Shown here piece by piece: positions 1-9,725 of a stretch of 64,000 nucleotides of DNA. The DNA lies in the sequence record KY499642.1; one strand, given 5' to 3'. Each line of letters begins with the position of its first letter. Position 1 is the stretch's first letter. Below the pieces are notes generated by a model. The model saw nothing but the letters and a program-made list of their open reading frames with translations. It made no database searches and had not been told where the DNA came from. Both the position numbers and the translations under genes were made by a program.

Positions 1-1
1 T

Positions 2-1027
2 GATGGTCACTACGGTAATGAAGCGGCTGACCGCAATGCGACAATGGGCGTGGCTGGTTCTTGTAACTCTTGTGAGTTTACTGATTGGATTGAGACTGAC
101 GTTCATGATGTGGATTACTGGGAACCTGAGAAGCCACTACCTATTATGCTACAGCAGAAGTGGAACTACACCATGTCTGAGGCTGACCGTATGGCTACGT
201 CAGTTGACAGTGAGGTGTTCCATCATTACTTCATGGGTGATCACAATAAGTCTAAGGACGACATTGAGTTGCTTGGCAAGTACTTCTCAGATGCGGGTTT
301 CTCATTAGTTCTGCATAAAGAGCGTGCCGACATTCTCGACACATTGGTGAAGTATCATGTTGATAACATGTGGAAACACAGTTGTAACATGTACAAGTCT
401 GAACTGATGATGATGGTTAACTGTGCGAACTTAGTGAAACCAAAGAACACTTGGGAAGTCATGCGTGGTCGTCCTGAGTGTATGTTTATCAGCGGTAGTA
501 AGAACGATGTATCTGCGGCTAAGACAGAAGACCTGATTACTAAGGTTATCCGTCCGCCTAAGCTATCATTCCGTGTCTTAGACATCGAAGAGCAGTTCAA
601 AGAGATCATTTACTCTTACTTGGTAATGACAGGTCGTAAACTGGATGAGCAACCGAACTTCAAGCCGATGAACATTGTGCTAAACGAAGTAACGGATCAA
701 TTCTATGAAACATCTGTTAATGCTAAAGGTGTGGAGGGTGCAACTAAACTGACTAACTTCTATGACCAAATGGCTAAGTCATTAACCTTTGAAGTTAACC
801 ATCCTTACAATGATAAGAAAGCTAAAGTTATCTTCACACGCGGTGTTGATATCCCAAGCCGTACTATCATGAGTAAGGTCGCTCAGAAGAATCCAAAAGT
901 GTACGTAGTGACGTGGCAGTTCGATACTATCATGATTAACTTCGGTATGCTGTTGGAAACAGATGACGGCGTTGGTTTCTGGTCAGGTTACGCGAGCACT
1001 CGAATTCTTAACTCACAGGAACAGTAA
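2..1027 (+). CDS. rnhA: Ribonuclease HI with long C-terminal extension (phiKZ gp155-like), 5'-truncated by the window edge
   Basis: The frame of ORF 44..1027 is open back to base 2 and reads DGHYGNEAADRNATMG, matching the RNase HI C-terminal GHxGNExADxxA motif. It lies near UvsX as in phiKZ-like phages. Confidence 0.8.
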   Translation, partial: DGHYGNEAADRNATMGVAGSCNSCEFTDWIETDVHDVDYWEPEKPLPIMLQQKWNYTMSEADRMATSVDSEVFHHYFMGDHNKSKDDIELLGKYFSDAGFSLVLHKERADILDTLVKYHVDNMWKHSCNMYKSELMMMVNCANLVKPKNTWEVMRGRPECMFISGSKNDVSAAKTEDLITKVIRPPKLSFRVLDIEEQFKEIIYSYLVMTGRKLDEQPNFKPMNIVLNEVTDQFYETSVNAKGVEGATKLTNFYDQMAKSLTFEVNHPYNDKKAKVIFTRGVDIPSRTIMSKVAQKNPKVYVVTWQFDTIMINFGMLLETDDGVGFWSGYASTRILNSQEQ

Positions 1028-1045
1028 TTCGATAGGAGTGATGTA

Positions 1046-1414
1046 ATGCGATATCAGTATTCATCCCCACTAGCACTGGCTATGACATGCACGCTCTATG
1101 GGCGTGCTGTATATGGGCAGGATAATCATGTCTGGTATTATGAATGTGTTGGTGAATCACCACATATCCGTATCGGTATAAATGATGTTGTACCCTTTAT
1201 ACTCCGATTCTATCCAGGCGATTGCAATTTAGGTGAGAGTGGTTTCGTTATCTCTTTTGATAAAGAACAGTTTCGTGAACCACTTGACGTTGAATTAAAT
1301 TCCGCTGTACTAAGGAGTGGTATAGATCATGATAGCGAACAACACTACCGAAATGTCCGGACACGTAACTCTCTTCCCAAGGAAAATGTATTACATCTCG
1401 TTGAAAGGACCTAA
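1046..1414 (+). CDS. Hypothetical protein (122 aa)
   Basis: SD 'aggag' upstream of the ATG; follows the RNase H gene. Confidence 0.65.
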   Translation: MRYQYSSPLALAMTCTLYGRAVYGQDNHVWYYECVGESPHIRIGINDVVPFILRFYPGDCNLGESGFVISFDKEQFREPLDVELNSAVLRSGIDHDSEQHYRNVRTRNSLPKENVLHLVERT

Positions 1415-1793
1415 TGCAGGTTTACCTTTTGAGAATCCTGAAGGCGAGTCTATTGCAGCCATGGGTGGAAAGATATCACGTGAAGAGTATCCTGAAGCAT
1501 GTCGTGTATTAGAGCGTGCGTTAGGTCAACAACGATTCATTGTTAAGCAGCGCGGCAAAGTCCGTAGTTGGTTAGTAGACAAATGGAATGGTTTCCTAAC
1601 CAAGCATACTGCACAGCATCCATGGTTACTACATTTGTATCGTGACCGCATGATGCAAAATCCTGATTGGCATCCTGAATACCTCAGAGCACCAGACGCG
1701 GGTAAGCTAGACATCCTGACGTTATCGTTGAGGTTAGCCACACGTAAGTCGTTTGAGATTAACTTGGAACCACGTGGCATGGACTTTGATTAA
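1329..1793 (+). CDS. Hypothetical protein (up to 154 aa; start uncertain)
   Basis: ORF ends directly before a terminator and overlaps the previous ORF by 86 nt. Confidence 0.65.
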   Translation: MIANNTTEMSGHVTLFPRKMYYISLKGPNAGLPFENPEGESIAAMGGKISREEYPEACRVLERALGQQRFIVKQRGKVRSWLVDKWNGFLTKHTAQHPWLLHLYRDRMMQNPDWHPEYLRAPDAGKLDILTLSLRLATRKSFEINLEPRGMDFD

Positions 1794-1794
1794 T

Positions 1795-1824
1795 TGGAGG
1801 CTTCGGCCTCCTCTTATTTTTTTG
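1795..1824 (+). terminator. Rho-independent terminator
   Basis: ggaggc-ttcg-gcctcc hairpin followed by a T-rich tract. Confidence 0.85.
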
Positions 1825-1842
1825 TTCCGGTCAAAAATAATA

Positions 1843-1865
1843 CGGATATATATCATCTGAGTGTA
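1843..1865 (+). promoter_or_regulatory. Conserved phage promoter motif copy 1 (probable early promoter)
   Basis: cggatatatatcatctgagtgta; one of five copies of CRGNYATATWTCATYWNNGTGWW, located after a terminator and before a small-gene cluster. Confidence 0.7.
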
Positions 1866-1914
1866 ATGCGTACGATGTAGCACGCAGTGATATGACTATT
1901 AATTGGGAGTTAAT

Positions 1915-2211
1915 ATGAAATTCAAATTCACTTTTCTGGCGCGAATAAATGGCGACGTCCGAATCAAATTTAGTAATGAAGATGTTCCGGAAGGTCAGTG
2001 GGATTTAGTTTGTGATGCCGCGCACACTGCTGCGTCAGCCATCGCGCATGAGTTAGGTGTAGCTGAACGTCATAACTTATTGGTCACGGGCGAACTAGAT
2101 TCAGAAACTAGACGGTTCACTACTGTTAACGTTACACACGCGGCTGAGTATGCCGATATTGAAAGATTTGTGCCAGCTGGCGAAACACTTGAACAATTTT
2201 TAGGAGAATAA
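1915..2211 (+). CDS. Hypothetical protein (98 aa)
   Basis: SD gggag then ATG at 1915 (MKFKFTF); first gene after the promoter motif. Confidence 0.75.
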   Translation: MKFKFTFLARINGDVRIKFSNEDVPEGQWDLVCDAAHTAASAIAHELGVAERHNLLVTGELDSETRRFTTVNVTHAAEYADIERFVPAGETLEQFLGE

Positions 2212-2214
2212 TAA

Positions 2215-2499
2215 ATGCAATCTATGGCTTTTGACACGACACTGGAAAAACAATTTCAAGCTATCTTCGGAGAGTCTGTAATAGAAGATGGCATTCGTGT
2301 CAATTTCACCAAGTTTGCCGCAGGTGCGTCTAAAGAGAAATCACGGAAGTTTAGATCACCTGAGTTGGCGTTAAAATGGATTCAGTCCAATGTAGAAGAG
2401 TATGGTTCAATTCGGATTGATGAAGTGATTGACACCGGAAAGGTAGTAGCAGAATGTCGTAAGACTGCTATCAACTATTTGGAGACAATAAATGTTTAA
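2215..2499 (+). CDS. Hypothetical protein (94 aa)
   Basis: SD aggag; tightly packed operon. Confidence 0.75.
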   Translation: MQSMAFDTTLEKQFQAIFGESVIEDGIRVNFTKFAAGASKEKSRKFRSPELALKWIQSNVEEYGSIRIDEVIDTGKVVAECRKTAINYLETINV

Positions 2500-2779
2500 G
2501 TCATTATGGCGAGCTGCACGACTCTGGTTAGAGCACCGCAGACTGAACAAGATAGTTCGGAAGAAAGCCCGTACCAATAAAGAAGTCGTTCGTTTACATA
2601 ACACCGCAAATACCATCAGTGGCGTCAGCGTAGGCGGATGGGGTTATTCTGAAGAGGCTATCAAAAACACCTTGGACATCGGCGAAATTAAAGATGCGTT
2701 GCGAGAGTTGGCTGACTACAAGCAGCGTGAAATCGAAGAACAAATTAAATGGGAGAAAGAGAATGAGCGAGTTATCTAA
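2492..2779 (+). CDS. Hypothetical protein (95 aa)
   Basis: SD ggag; 8-nt overlap with the previous gene. Confidence 0.7.
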   Translation: MFKSLWRAARLWLEHRRLNKIVRKKARTNKEVVRLHNTANTISGVSVGGWGYSEEAIKNTLDIGEIKDALRELADYKQREIEEQIKWEKENERVI

Positions 2780-2948
2780 AGCCTTAATGCATAACTTGGA
2801 GCAGCGGCGTGAGTTTAAACGCAAAGTAGAGGCGGGAGAAGCGACCATGAAGCCTGCCATTCATCCACATCAGGCTTACATCAATGCGAGCAGCATGGGG
2901 AGTCACGATGGTAAGAACAGTTATTTTGCCGATACCGACAAGCGTTAG
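2763..2948 (+). CDS. Hypothetical protein (61 aa, MSELSKALM...)
   Basis: ATG at 2763 with purine-rich SD; fills the gap in the operon. Confidence 0.55.
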   Translation: MSELSKALMHNLEQRREFKRKVEAGEATMKPAIHPHQAYINASSMGSHDGKNSYFADTDKR

Positions 2949-3429
2949 GGAAGCCATTGACAATCTACACAGAGCATGTGTGATTGAACACGGCATCGAA
3001 CGTTTAGGGCGTAAGGTGGCTATCGTTTACAATGAGCTGTACATCCACAAACTGGAACATGCATTGGAACGTATCTTGATGTATGGGTACCCGTCGATTA
3101 ACTTCACAGACGTCTCGAACATTATGTATGAAGCATACGACCGAGCCGAACATGAACTTGATGATGAAGAGTTGAATAACAACATCGCCAACATCATTGA
3201 TATCGACGACCCCATTGGACGGTTTCTAGAAGAGAAAGGTCATGACTGGTTATTCACCCATCAGTTAATGGCCGAGTTCCTTGTAGATTCATTGCCATCT
3301 TACAGTGACTTTGGACATGTGCTTAGAGCATTCCACGATGAGTACCATGACTTGAAGTTGATTGAGAACATGGACGATGTCGTGAGTATCTCTCCGGCAC
3401 TCAATACAGTGACTGTGAAAGTAATATGA
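2908..3429 (+). CDS. Hypothetical acidic protein (173 aa)
   Basis: SD ggggag then ATG at 2908; ATGA overlap with the next gene. Confidence 0.75.
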   Translation: MVRTVILPIPTSVREAIDNLHRACVIEHGIERLGRKVAIVYNELYIHKLEHALERILMYGYPSINFTDVSNIMYEAYDRAEHELDDEELNNNIANIIDIDDPIGRFLEEKGHDWLFTHQLMAEFLVDSLPSYSDFGHVLRAFHDEYHDLKLIENMDDVVSISPALNTVTVKVI

Positions 3430-3998
3430 GTAATCACATCGTTGGCCTTTCTAAAAGGTCTAGACGCGCTGCTCAGGAACTGTGGAACAACATGTATGAC
3501 AACTACGGGTTTCAATACTTACCGCGTGAATTGGTCAATCGTTATGACGAGATATATCGTTCCATTCTTTCTGAAGTAGTGCATAACTTAGTTCAGCATG
3601 ACCTTGGACATTTCCGTAGTTACTTATCCTGTCTGGATTATGCAACTTGGATATATTGGCTTGAAAGCGCTAACCCTGCAACCTTAGAGCAGTTAGAGGT
3701 TGCTGCAAAGTACGGAAGCGATATCGCCGAGACAATTCGTGACGAAGTCCATGACGCGTTTGAGAACTCAGATGGGGAATGTGATGAGGAACAAGAGTTG
3801 GATTATGCGGTTGGGAATAGTGTGCTTCTAGTGATGCCTACCACAAATGAGTTCAATGAGTTTGAACGCTGTGTGTGGGATGACATCCAAGATTCAAATG
3901 TAATCGAGCCGTATTTCAATGGTGACTTACTTGTCTCGATACGTCCGGGTCTATCGCGACTCCTGCTAACTAGCAACTCAGGTATGTATGTAACATGA
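3426..3998 (+). CDS. Hypothetical acidic protein (190 aa)
   Basis: ORF translationally coupled to the previous gene. Confidence 0.75.
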   Translation: MSNHIVGLSKRSRRAAQELWNNMYDNYGFQYLPRELVNRYDEIYRSILSEVVHNLVQHDLGHFRSYLSCLDYATWIYWLESANPATLEQLEVAAKYGSDIAETIRDEVHDAFENSDGECDEEQELDYAVGNSVLLVMPTTNEFNEFERCVWDDIQDSNVIEPYFNGDLLVSIRPGLSRLLLTSNSGMYVT

Positions 3999-4063
3999 GC
4001 AAACTAAGTGAGGAGATGCTTCGGCGTCTCCGGCGAAAGTTCGTCAAACCAAATAAAAAGTAG
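3995..4063 (+). CDS. Small basic peptide MSKLSEEMLRRLRRKFVKPNKK (22 aa)
   Basis: ATGA overlap with the upstream stop; its stop abuts the terminator. Below the ORF-track cut-off. Confidence 0.4.
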   Translation: MSKLSEEMLRRLRRKFVKPNKK

Positions 4064-4064
4064 A

Positions 4065-4098
4065 GAAGTAGAGGGATTGCCCTCTACTTCTTTTTTTT
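4065..4098. terminator. Terminator between convergent genes
   Basis: gaagtagaggg-attg-ccctctacttc stem followed by T8. Confidence 0.85.
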
Positions 4099-4102
4099 GT
4101 CT

Positions 4103-4966
4103 TTAGCGAGACAGCTTCTTCAATTTTTTCTCTGTATCTGACATGGCTTCTGACAGAACAGTGACTTGGTATTGGAAGATTGAGAAGAACTCTACCCATT
4201 TCGCTGCATGGTACAGGATGTCTGATAGCTGCTGTGTAACGCGTTTAGATGCATCGTTGAAACGTACCTCTTCAAAGGTTTCGTCTTCATTCATTGCTTC
4301 TGAGAGCGCCTTAGCGTTATCAAACAGACCACGTACGCGACGTTCGATCGCTTTGTTGTCGATACGGTTGATGTTGTCTTGCAGTTGCAGTAGACGTTGA
4401 CCAGCATCATTGATTTCGCCATTACGACGGAATGCTTGTTTGTACTTGATCGTGTCTTCTTTCACCGTTGGGTCGAAACATGCAGTGATTGGCTTCGTTA
4501 CAACTTCAACATCAGTAGCTGACAACTTACCTGTCAGTTTGATGCCTGACTTAGACAGCAACGTCATTGGGTTGTTTAGGTATACACCCAACGCTTGAGA
4601 GGTTGGAACTAACAGTTCGTTTTCCAGTTCAAGCAAGTGAGGTAGTGCTTTTTCTAACGCGTCGATATATTCCATATAGGAAACTTTAAGACCGACTGGC
4701 GCAAACACCGTAACGTCCGCAATAGACAGGTACGATTCACGTTCTGCCCATTCAGTAATACGACGGTCAAAGTTAGACGTCATCTTAAACGCATGAACGT
4801 TTTTATTCCCTTTGAATAGCACATCAAAGCGCGTATTCAGTCTTGAGAACAAATCGTTGGAGAACACTCCAGCGAATAAGTTCTTAATTGACGACTCACC
4901 TAAATTTTCAACAGCAACGTTTCGTTGCGAGTTGCGAATCAGGAAGTCTAATGTTTGTGTGGTCAT
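4103..4966 (-). CDS. Putative virion head protein (phiKZ gp153-like position)
   Basis: 287-aa ORF divergent from UvsX. N-terminal AVE fits the S/A/G-X-E cleavage motif of the phiKZ prohead protease. Confidence 0.55.
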   Translation of the reverse strand: MTTQTLDFLIRNSQRNVAVENLGESSIKNLFAGVFSNDLFSRLNTRFDVLFKGNKNVHAFKMTSNFDRRITEWAERESYLSIADVTVFAPVGLKVSYMEYIDALEKALPHLLELENELLVPTSQALGVYLNNPMTLLSKSGIKLTGKLSATDVEVVTKPITACFDPTVKEDTIKYKQAFRRNGEINDAGQRLLQLQDNINRIDNKAIERRVRGLFDNAKALSEAMNEDETFEEVRFNDASKRVTQQLSDILYHAAKWVEFFSIFQYQVTVLSEAMSDTEKKLKKLSR

Positions 4967-5090
4967 GGTGATTCCTTTTAAACTATTTTTTTAAGTGGAT
5001 AGTCATACTTTGACCTTTTAAAGTGCGAATCAGTTAGTCAATAAAAAGTCTCTCAAATGATTAACTGCACTCGCTTTGTAAATTAACATA

Positions 5091-6569
5091 TTGTCAGGAG
5101 TTTTAACTGTGGCAGGACCATCTAATCGCGCACGTTCAAAGACAGTGCGTCCTAAATTCAATACCTTTAGCCTAGCCGACTTAATGATGGGTCGTTGTGT
5201 TAAGGGTAAACATGGTTTGTGGTATACCAACGGTGGTTATCCTCACATCATCGGTTTTGCAGGTCGTGGTAACACGTTTAAATCTGCACTGTCTGGCACC
5301 ATGGCTTCAATTATCTCACTGCGTTACCAATTCGAGTACACTGAGTTCTATGACACAGAGATGTCAATGCAGCCTACGCGTATTCAGGACTACATCAACT
5401 CTGTAGCTTCTCAGCATCACTGGGACGTTGTACCACAGATTGAAGACCTGATGGAAAATGAAGAAACCACTTGGAACTTTACTGCGTCTGATATGCAGTC
5501 TGGCGACCAATGGTGGAATGAGCACTGTCGTGCTGAGAAAGATAACCGTCGCAAGATTAAAGATAAAGACTTGCGCGTAACGCCGTTCATGAACATCGAC
5601 GGTACTCCGGTTAAACTACCAAACCCATGGTCGTTCACTATCGACTCACTGTCTGAACTGCATACTGCTTCTGTAGAGAAGAAGTTTGAGAAAGGTACAA
5701 TCGGTGAATCTGATCTGAACACCAGTGCAATGGACGATGCTCGTTCTAAAGCACAGCTTATCGCACAGATGCCTAACGTAGCAGCACAAGGCGGCTACTA
5801 CTTCGGTCTGATTGCACACGCCGATGACGAATTGAAGATGGACATGTACGCTCCATCAACTAAAAAGCTTGACGGTCTGAAAGGTAACCTTAAACTGAAA
5901 GGTGTTCCGGGTCGTGGCTTTACGTTCCTAACCAACTCATGTCTGTTGGCTATCGCAATCGACAACGGTCTGAACAAATCAGACAAGATGCCAGAATACC
6001 CGCATCCAGATGTAACTCCGACGGTAGGTGACACTGACCTACGTATCGTGAAGTACATGGAGCTTCGTGGTAAGTCAGGCCCAACGGGTTCAGTTCTTGA
6101 CCTTGCATTCTCTCAGCGCGAGGGTTTCTTGGTTGGCGTAACTGAGTTCCACTACTTGAACGCCATCCTTAAAGGTTGGGGTATGCAGTCATCTGGTTCA
6201 GGCGGCGCATTCAAATCTCTGGATATCTACCCAGACGTTTCGTTCACACGTAAGACGCTGCGTAAAACGCTGCGCGATGATCCAAAGTTCGCACGTGCTA
6301 TGAGCATTACTGCTTCACTAGCCTACATGTACCACAACTACTTCGATATCGAGCCAGAGAAGAAGATTGATCTGCCTGACCTATACAAAGCGGTTAGCGA
6401 TGCAGGCTTCGACTGGACGAAGATTCTGGAAAACACAGTTGAGTACTGGTACTTCGAAGACCAAGCTGATGACGTTGGTAAACCTACCGTTACTGCACGT
6501 ACCATTCTAGGTATGGGTACTGGTGAGTTTGATAAAGACCACGTTATCCTAAAACAGCTTGCTGCTTAA
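5091..6569 (+). CDS. uvsX: UvsX/RecA-like recombinase (phiKZ gp152-like)
   Basis: Walker A GFAGRGNTFKS, YDTEMS, Walker B FTIDSLS, RecA-like KLKG..G; 492 aa. Confidence 0.85.
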   Translation: MSGVLTVAGPSNRARSKTVRPKFNTFSLADLMMGRCVKGKHGLWYTNGGYPHIIGFAGRGNTFKSALSGTMASIISLRYQFEYTEFYDTEMSMQPTRIQDYINSVASQHHWDVVPQIEDLMENEETTWNFTASDMQSGDQWWNEHCRAEKDNRRKIKDKDLRVTPFMNIDGTPVKLPNPWSFTIDSLSELHTASVEKKFEKGTIGESDLNTSAMDDARSKAQLIAQMPNVAAQGGYYFGLIAHADDELKMDMYAPSTKKLDGLKGNLKLKGVPGRGFTFLTNSCLLAIAIDNGLNKSDKMPEYPHPDVTPTVGDTDLRIVKYMELRGKSGPTGSVLDLAFSQREGFLVGVTEFHYLNAILKGWGMQSSGSGGAFKSLDIYPDVSFTRKTLRKTLRDDPKFARAMSITASLAYMYHNYFDIEPEKKIDLPDLYKAVSDAGFDWTKILENTVEYWYFEDQADDVGKPTVTARTILGMGTGEFDKDHVILKQLAA

Positions 6570-6577
6570 TTCATTAA

Positions 6578-6602
6578 GGAGGGGTAGTTCCCCTCCATTT
6601 TA
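6578..6602 (+). terminator. Terminator after uvsX
   Basis: ggagggg-tagtt-cccctcc then atttt. Confidence 0.65.
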
Positions 6603-6620
6603 ATAAAGGGTAACTTTAAC

Positions 6621-6929
6621 ATGGGTGTAATCTCTAAAGTCATTGATGCAATTGATGATGATGACATTCGTAACTACATTAACCAAGACATCGACCGGGA
6701 GTACAACTACTGCGATGATTGGGAAGTTGAAATGAATCACGTCAACGTGTATCTAAACAAGCTCCTGATTTCCATGATGGAAAAGTCTAATGAACGAGTA
6801 ACACGCAGTGCTTCATCCGACGCACGTCGTGTCCTCCAACCTGTTAAGCGTGAACGTTACATCAGTTCATGGCTTGATGACCTGAAACAGTATTATTTTC
6901 CGGTGCTTGAGGAAGTGTGGGTTAACTGA
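6621..6929 (+). CDS. Hypothetical protein (102 aa)
   Basis: ORF with SD aaggg. Confidence 0.7.
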   Translation: MGVISKVIDAIDDDDIRNYINQDIDREYNYCDDWEVEMNHVNVYLNKLLISMMEKSNERVTRSASSDARRVLQPVKRERYISSWLDDLKQYYFPVLEEVWVN

Positions 6930-6930
6930 T

Positions 6931-7863
6931 ATGTCAAAAGTCGATTGCTATATACAAGAACTAGCGGATAAGTACAAGTACCGTCCGCTACCTAAAGCGG
7001 TAAAGGAAGAAGCTCATACACTTTATCGCGAGAACCTTAATGGTTTTGATAAGAAACGTGACACGTTAATTGACGGACGTCCTTTCTGTAAGGACTATGA
7101 GCGTGTAGTGGTCGGCGATTATGGCGCATATGTAGAAATCAAAGACGGCGACATCCTACAACCGCTTACTATTCCTGAGAAACAGAAATGGCGTTACGAT
7201 GCAGACTACTTGAAAGAGAAGAACATCACTATCAAGTATCACTGGTTGGAATGGAATGGTCACAAAGTGTACCATCAGGTGGCAGGAGTTAAGTACGCTG
7301 ATTACAAACCGGGTTTCTACTATATCAGTGTAACCGCTTTCGATGCACCGCGTCGAGAAACGAAAATGAATCCGATGTTTGAGAAGTTATCGGAATCTCT
7401 GGTGACTAACAGCATTTTTACACACACCGACACAGCTTCGGCTGAGGCTTTCCTATCTGAGATTGCAGAGATGCAACTGGATAAGGTTAACGTAGCCATT
7501 GTTGGTGATACAGACATCACGAACGGTAGGCAGGTAAGTCAATGTCTGAATATGCTACTGCGTATGTTTGAGCATCCTGATAATGTCCGTATTCTCACTG
7601 GCGAATTGTCAGGGACTGAACAAATCGTTCGTCGATGGGCAAGGCGTAACCACTTTGATTTGGATGTATATCCAATCATTGAGAAGCCTGATTGGATTGA
7701 GACGAGTTATTCAAACCGTCAAGATCGTGACCGCAGAATGCTGGCTGGAGCGCATTGCGTCATTGTAATTACTAAACCTAACTCAAAGTCCTCCGATTTT
7801 ATGTATCACGCTTCAATTGAAGCAGGCAGATTTGTATCACGTAGAATTGTTAGGAATGTGTAG
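6931..7863 (+). CDS. Two-domain protein: unknown N-terminal domain plus C-terminal YspA/DUF2493-like SLOG domain
   Basis: C-terminal half has VAIVG..., ILTGELSGTEQIVRRWA and RDRRMLAGAHCVIVI, which are SLOG-type motifs. Start set at ATG 6931. Confidence 0.65.
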   Translation: MSKVDCYIQELADKYKYRPLPKAVKEEAHTLYRENLNGFDKKRDTLIDGRPFCKDYERVVVGDYGAYVEIKDGDILQPLTIPEKQKWRYDADYLKEKNITIKYHWLEWNGHKVYHQVAGVKYADYKPGFYYISVTAFDAPRRETKMNPMFEKLSESLVTNSIFTHTDTASAEAFLSEIAEMQLDKVNVAIVGDTDITNGRQVSQCLNMLLRMFEHPDNVRILTGELSGTEQIVRRWARRNHFDLDVYPIIEKPDWIETSYSNRQDRDRRMLAGAHCVIVITKPNSKSSDFMYHASIEAGRFVSRRIVRNV

Positions 7864-7865
7864 TT

Positions 7866-8519
7866 ATGAAACCACAAGCGAGAAAGAAGATTGAAGCTTT
7901 CATCATGGAATATGTCCACAAGGTTGATCCATCGGGCATTAACCGTGATATGTACAAGCTTGTCTTTAAGAAGATGTCGGATAGAGATTTAGAGCACCTT
8001 ATCTCTAAGCCTATCCCTATTTATGCGCCAAACGGTAGTAAGGTTCAGATAGACCACATGCGTAATGTTGAAATCATGCGCGAGTTAGGTTACGACCCTG
8101 AACAGTACTGTTGGCTAACCGACCCTAAGACGGGTGCTTGTTCACGTACTCGTTACAAGCACTTGGTACTTAAACTACCAGTACGTCGTCAGACTCAGAT
8201 GATCGACAAAAAGATTTCGTTTGCTGAGCACAACCGTATTCTTGATAAGGCGACTGGACAGACAGTCGGTAGCTCCAAAGGCTCTTCTTTCTCGTTCCCG
8301 CAGATTTACGTTATGTACTCTAAGGGTTACGATAAAACCATTCGTGAGTTCATTAACATTCGTGGTGGTAACGTTAAGGCTGGTAAAGCTATCGACCGTG
8401 CAATCCGTCAAACGGGCAGCAGCGGTCAGTCTTTTGAAGGGCTTGCCAATACCCGCGTTAAGTCTACCGTAACACTAGGTATCATTTTCCGAGCTATGCA
8501 CTTGGCTAATAACCTTTAG
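7866..8519 (+). CDS. rpoB: Virion RNA polymerase beta subunit, C-terminal fragment (phiKZ gp149-like)
   Basis: RRQTQMIDKKIS...DKATGQTVGSSKGSSFSFPQ...EFINIRGG resembles the beta C-terminal T-x-QP..G..G region. Confidence 0.75.
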   Translation: MKPQARKKIEAFIMEYVHKVDPSGINRDMYKLVFKKMSDRDLEHLISKPIPIYAPNGSKVQIDHMRNVEIMRELGYDPEQYCWLTDPKTGACSRTRYKHLVLKLPVRRQTQMIDKKISFAEHNRILDKATGQTVGSSKGSSFSFPQIYVMYSKGYDKTIREFINIRGGNVKAGKAIDRAIRQTGSSGQSFEGLANTRVKSTVTLGIIFRAMHLANNL

Positions 8520-8527
8520 GATTTGAA

Positions 8528-9043
8528 ATGGATAACACCAGACCACCTATTAACTTACACCAAATGGTGCTCGACCGTGTGGAAGAGCACTTGGCTATCC
8601 AATTGGAGACAGCCGTTAACCAAACGCGTGGCGATGCAACGTCTAAAGAGATGAGTGCCATCTCTAACGTTTTGTCTTACCCACCGATTGCCTATCTGAC
8701 ACAATCACCTGAGTACATCTCAGACATTGAGAAGTTGGATGATGGTTCTCGTAACTGGATTGTCAACTTTGTCAACTACGTTACCATGGATTGGACTATG
8801 ATGATTCGCACCATTAACGGTGATGAGGATTACGTGGACAGTTTCATCAATGCGTTTGAGAAGTCGATTGATGCGGTAATCGGTACGAACATCACTATGG
8901 AAGGTTACAACGACCGACTTGACCGTTCGCATGTACAAGACCCTGTAGCGCTGACGTACTATATGTTGGCTACATCTTACCGTCGCATTGCTCTGAAATT
9001 AGGAATTGCAAATGGCAGAACTGCACCAAAACCTACTGATTGA
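8528..9043 (+). CDS. Hypothetical protein (171 aa)
   Basis: ORF in the conserved block. Confidence 0.75.
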   Translation: MDNTRPPINLHQMVLDRVEEHLAIQLETAVNQTRGDATSKEMSAISNVLSYPPIAYLTQSPEYISDIEKLDDGSRNWIVNFVNYVTMDWTMMIRTINGDEDYVDSFINAFEKSIDAVIGTNITMEGYNDRLDRSHVQDPVALTYYMLATSYRRIALKLGIANGRTAPKPTD

Positions 9044-9725
9044 TCTGGATACGTTGATTGATACACGTTTCGGGTTAATCTATCAGCGCTTTCCTAAAGC
9101 GTTTCGTAAACTGGACGTGTATGCTTTCTGTACTCGTGACCATAACCGCATTTGGGAATTGCTAGGTTGTGATGAGAAGACTTGGGCAGCTCAGTGGGAT
9201 AAGCGTGATATCGCTACCATTGAATCGTCTAAACCAACTGCGCTATTGTTGAACCTAAAAGAGATCATCGTTGCGCGTTATGCACAAGGCAAGACCAGTC
9301 CGGTTCATCACCCAATGACTATTTCGGTGAACACGTATCCTTACCGTTTAAGTAAGGAAGCGTTGGATGAAATCAAAGCATCAGTAAAGCATTGGACGTT
9401 CAGCGACATAGAAGTGCATACAGTACACCTAGCGCCAGCTATGCTGACGCCAGATGCAATTAAGACCAATTATCAGTCTTTATTTATTTATGATTGGGTT
9501 GAATGGATGACCATTCACAGGGATGCACTACAATCGTGCAAAATTCCTACAGTTACTTTTCATGTTCCTTCCTATATCTACGACAATAGTCCGGAATTGA
9601 TGGAAGCTGCAATGAGAAGCGACACCGACCCATTCGCACAGATGGCGCGTTATCTATCAGAGTACATGGCAGTAGAAATAGTTAAACCAGAGTTGTTTAC
9701 CTTACCTACTCCTCTCCCTTCCTGA
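9012..9725 (+). CDS. HAD-like DxD protein
   Basis: N-terminal LLIDLDTLIDTR motif; start at ATG 9012. Confidence 0.5.
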   Translation: MAELHQNLLIDLDTLIDTRFGLIYQRFPKAFRKLDVYAFCTRDHNRIWELLGCDEKTWAAQWDKRDIATIESSKPTALLLNLKEIIVARYAQGKTSPVHHPMTISVNTYPYRLSKEALDEIKASVKHWTFSDIEVHTVHLAPAMLTPDAIKTNYQSLFIYDWVEWMTIHRDALQSCKIPTVTFHVPSYIYDNSPELMEAAMRSDTDPFAQMARYLSEYMAVEIVKPELFTLPTPLPS

